Of a DNA stretch of 24,649 nt, positions 23,134-24,649 are shown one piece after another. Position 1 is the stretch's first letter. Every line of letters begins with the position of its first letter. The stretch comes from Azolla caroliniana (lineage: Eukaryota > Plantae > Polypodiophyta): positions 1 through 24,649 of the forward strand of contig JBHGNT010000454.1 of NCBI GenBank assembly GCA_043228905.1, written 5' to 3'. The translations under genes and the position numbers were made by a program. The notes under the pieces are model-generated. The model searched no databases. It worked only from the letters and a program-made list of their open reading frames with translations, and had not been told where the DNA came from.

Positions 23134-24063
23134 GTGCCGTCTTTCAAACTGAAAATTCTACCACCAACAAAAAGACCTTCTGACACCATGATGAAAGCTG
23201 ATTCTCACAAAACACTTATCGAGTCAAGAGGTGACGAAACTTCAAAATCTTTTGTTGGTAACATGCCGAAGACTTTAGGCGAATAGAGTGGGGAGCCTCG
23301 CCTGAAGAGCTACCACCATGTGGAGTGGACACTGATCTACACCGAGGAAGAAGGGGACCTGCTTCTTATTCTTGCAAAGTTTGAAGGTGAAGGCAAGTTG
23401 CAAGTCGGAAAAACATTCACATACGACTACGTATGAAACATCGAATATGAAGACAACGACTCATCGAACCTCTTCTTCGATGTTGATAGGTTGGTGGGGG
23501 TTCGTAGAGTCATGATCGATGAATGTAATTTCATTACTGACTCCTGCCACCCTAAAGCCCTAAAAAAGGATGTTCAAACAAAAAACAACTTGATTGTTGC
23601 TTTGCCCCTGTACATTAAGGGAGAGCTGATGGTCACACAAGCAACAACCCCACCAAAGTCTACCTAGAAGACCAAACCAGAACATAAGAAGTACAAGAAA
23701 AGGCAGCAACCAGAAGAGAACGAGTCGGAGGTCGTCGAGTTCGTAGAAGATGAGGAGGAGGAAGCCAAGCTCAAAGTTATTCCTCCAGGGGCCCACATTT
23801 CATCAGGGATAGTCACCTCAGAGCAGAACCAGATCAGAGAAAATATTGTAAAGACGAAGCTTGTCCGTGAAGGACAATTATTTCACTTCCTGATCTGCTC
23901 TATTCAACGGCCACCAATCGATCCGGAGACAGGAAGACGGGCTCTAGAAATTCGAGAGCCACATTTAGTGTATGTGCAGAACTTAAAAAGAAAAATGAAG
24001 ATTAATCCACATGCGACTGTAGTGCCATACTTAGTAATGGTCAACCCAAATAAATGCCCTACT
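23134..24063 (+). pseudogene. Divergent second gene of the element, unknown protein ending in a ParB/Srx-like N-terminal segment
   Basis: A single reading frame of about 310 codons with only three stops (23284, 23434, 23665). It is preceded by TATTTAAA (22602) and a 5'UTR intron, CAG|GTATGT at 22765 to TTTTCAG| at 23117. It ends ...FHFLICSIQRPPIDPETGRRALEIREPHLVYVQNLKRKMKINPHATVVPYLVMVNPNKCPT at the LTR junction. Not in the ORF track. Confidence 0.7.
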
Positions 24064-24649
24064 TGTTAAGATTCTATTACTAATCAATAAACCAAACTAA
24101 AGTAAAAGAAGGAAAATAGAATGGATAGAAGAACTCGTTCCACCCGACCACCCCCGAGCTATGATCTAGACATAGCCAACCTATCACCGACGTCCCATAC
24201 CGCCAGATATTAGGATGACTAATACCTTGGAAGAGATCAACACAATTGTCGAGACGAAATCCTAGCCCGTACCACCGGTGTCTAAGATAGCAACGTTCCG
24301 ATGTAATGTGATTATGAGGGTAGCTAAGCCTCATATTTATACCTTTTCCTAGGCCCCTTGAATAGATGTGCCTTTGTAAAAGGCTCTCCATTCATTGGTT
24401 GTCCAAATCATGATAGTGCATGGACCTATCATTAGTTCCCTTTTTAACATTAGTGAACATACCCTTCACTAATGTAAATATTGGTGACCTATCCTCACCA
24501 ACGTTATGTGTACATAACATACTCCCCTACTTCAAAAGATTGCACTCTTGCAATATAAAGTAAGCAAATTGTGCCTTAACAGTATGCTCGCATTCCCATG
24601 TGGCATAATCAATAGGTTTATCCATCCATTTCATCTTGAATAGCCGAAT
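24064..24649 (-). mobile_element. Ty3/gypsy chromovirus 3' end: 3' LTR 24064-24519, PPT 24520-24533
   Basis: 456-bp segment bounded by TGTTA...TAACA, with the minus-strand PPT GAAGTAGGGGAGTA directly before TGTTATG. Predicted TSD CTACT (24059-24063). Confidence 0.9.
24527..24649 (-). CDS. C-terminal chromodomain of gypsy pol (partial, runs off the window)
   Basis: IRLFKMKWMDKPIDYATWECEHTVKAQFAYFILQECNLLK* matches the chromodomain pattern VKW...ATWE.E, and its stop lies in the PPT. Confidence 0.85.
   Translation of the reverse strand: MRLFKMKWMDKPIDYATWECEHTVKAQFAYFILQECNLLK

Larger units (their letters stand above)
19610..24063. mobile_element. Decayed two-gene DNA transposon (Sola1/DUF7869-like), interrupted on the right by an LTR element
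   Basis: Minus-strand DDD transposase pseudogene plus a divergent plus-strand pseudogene. The left boundary is approximate: TTAA then GAACAGTCTG at 19606-19619, with 3' flank similarity to the relic at 3251. Confidence 0.7.

Noticed and set aside
24080-24391. 103-aa minus-strand ORF
   Set aside because: It lies entirely inside the LTR.

Overview
Eukaryotic, AT-rich land-plant nuclear DNA, probably a fern or other non-seed plant (inferred from the PPR style and TE content). It contains one apparently intact gene, an 8-exon ferric reduction oxidase (FRO, about 818 aa, 14395-18368 +), followed by an in-phase duplicate of its last exon and 3'UTR. The rest is a transposon graveyard: a three-exon XRN exoribonuclease pseudogene fragment, two non-autonomous hAT elements (one with a nested TIR element carrying a probable captured exon), a degenerate MITE, a PPR fragment, and a chromoviral Ty3/gypsy 3' end. 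The most interesting structure is a decayed two-gene DNA element (about 19610-24063). It has a Sola1/DUF7869-like DDD transposase with a C-terminal BAH/Tudor-like module on the minus strand, and a divergent intron-containing gene whose product begins a ParB/Srx-like fold. A second, older deleted relic of the same family lies at about 3250-4240, fused to an array of ten 35-bp palindromes. The palindrome core recurs in the intron of the divergent gene. Family names are from motif recognition only; no searches were run.
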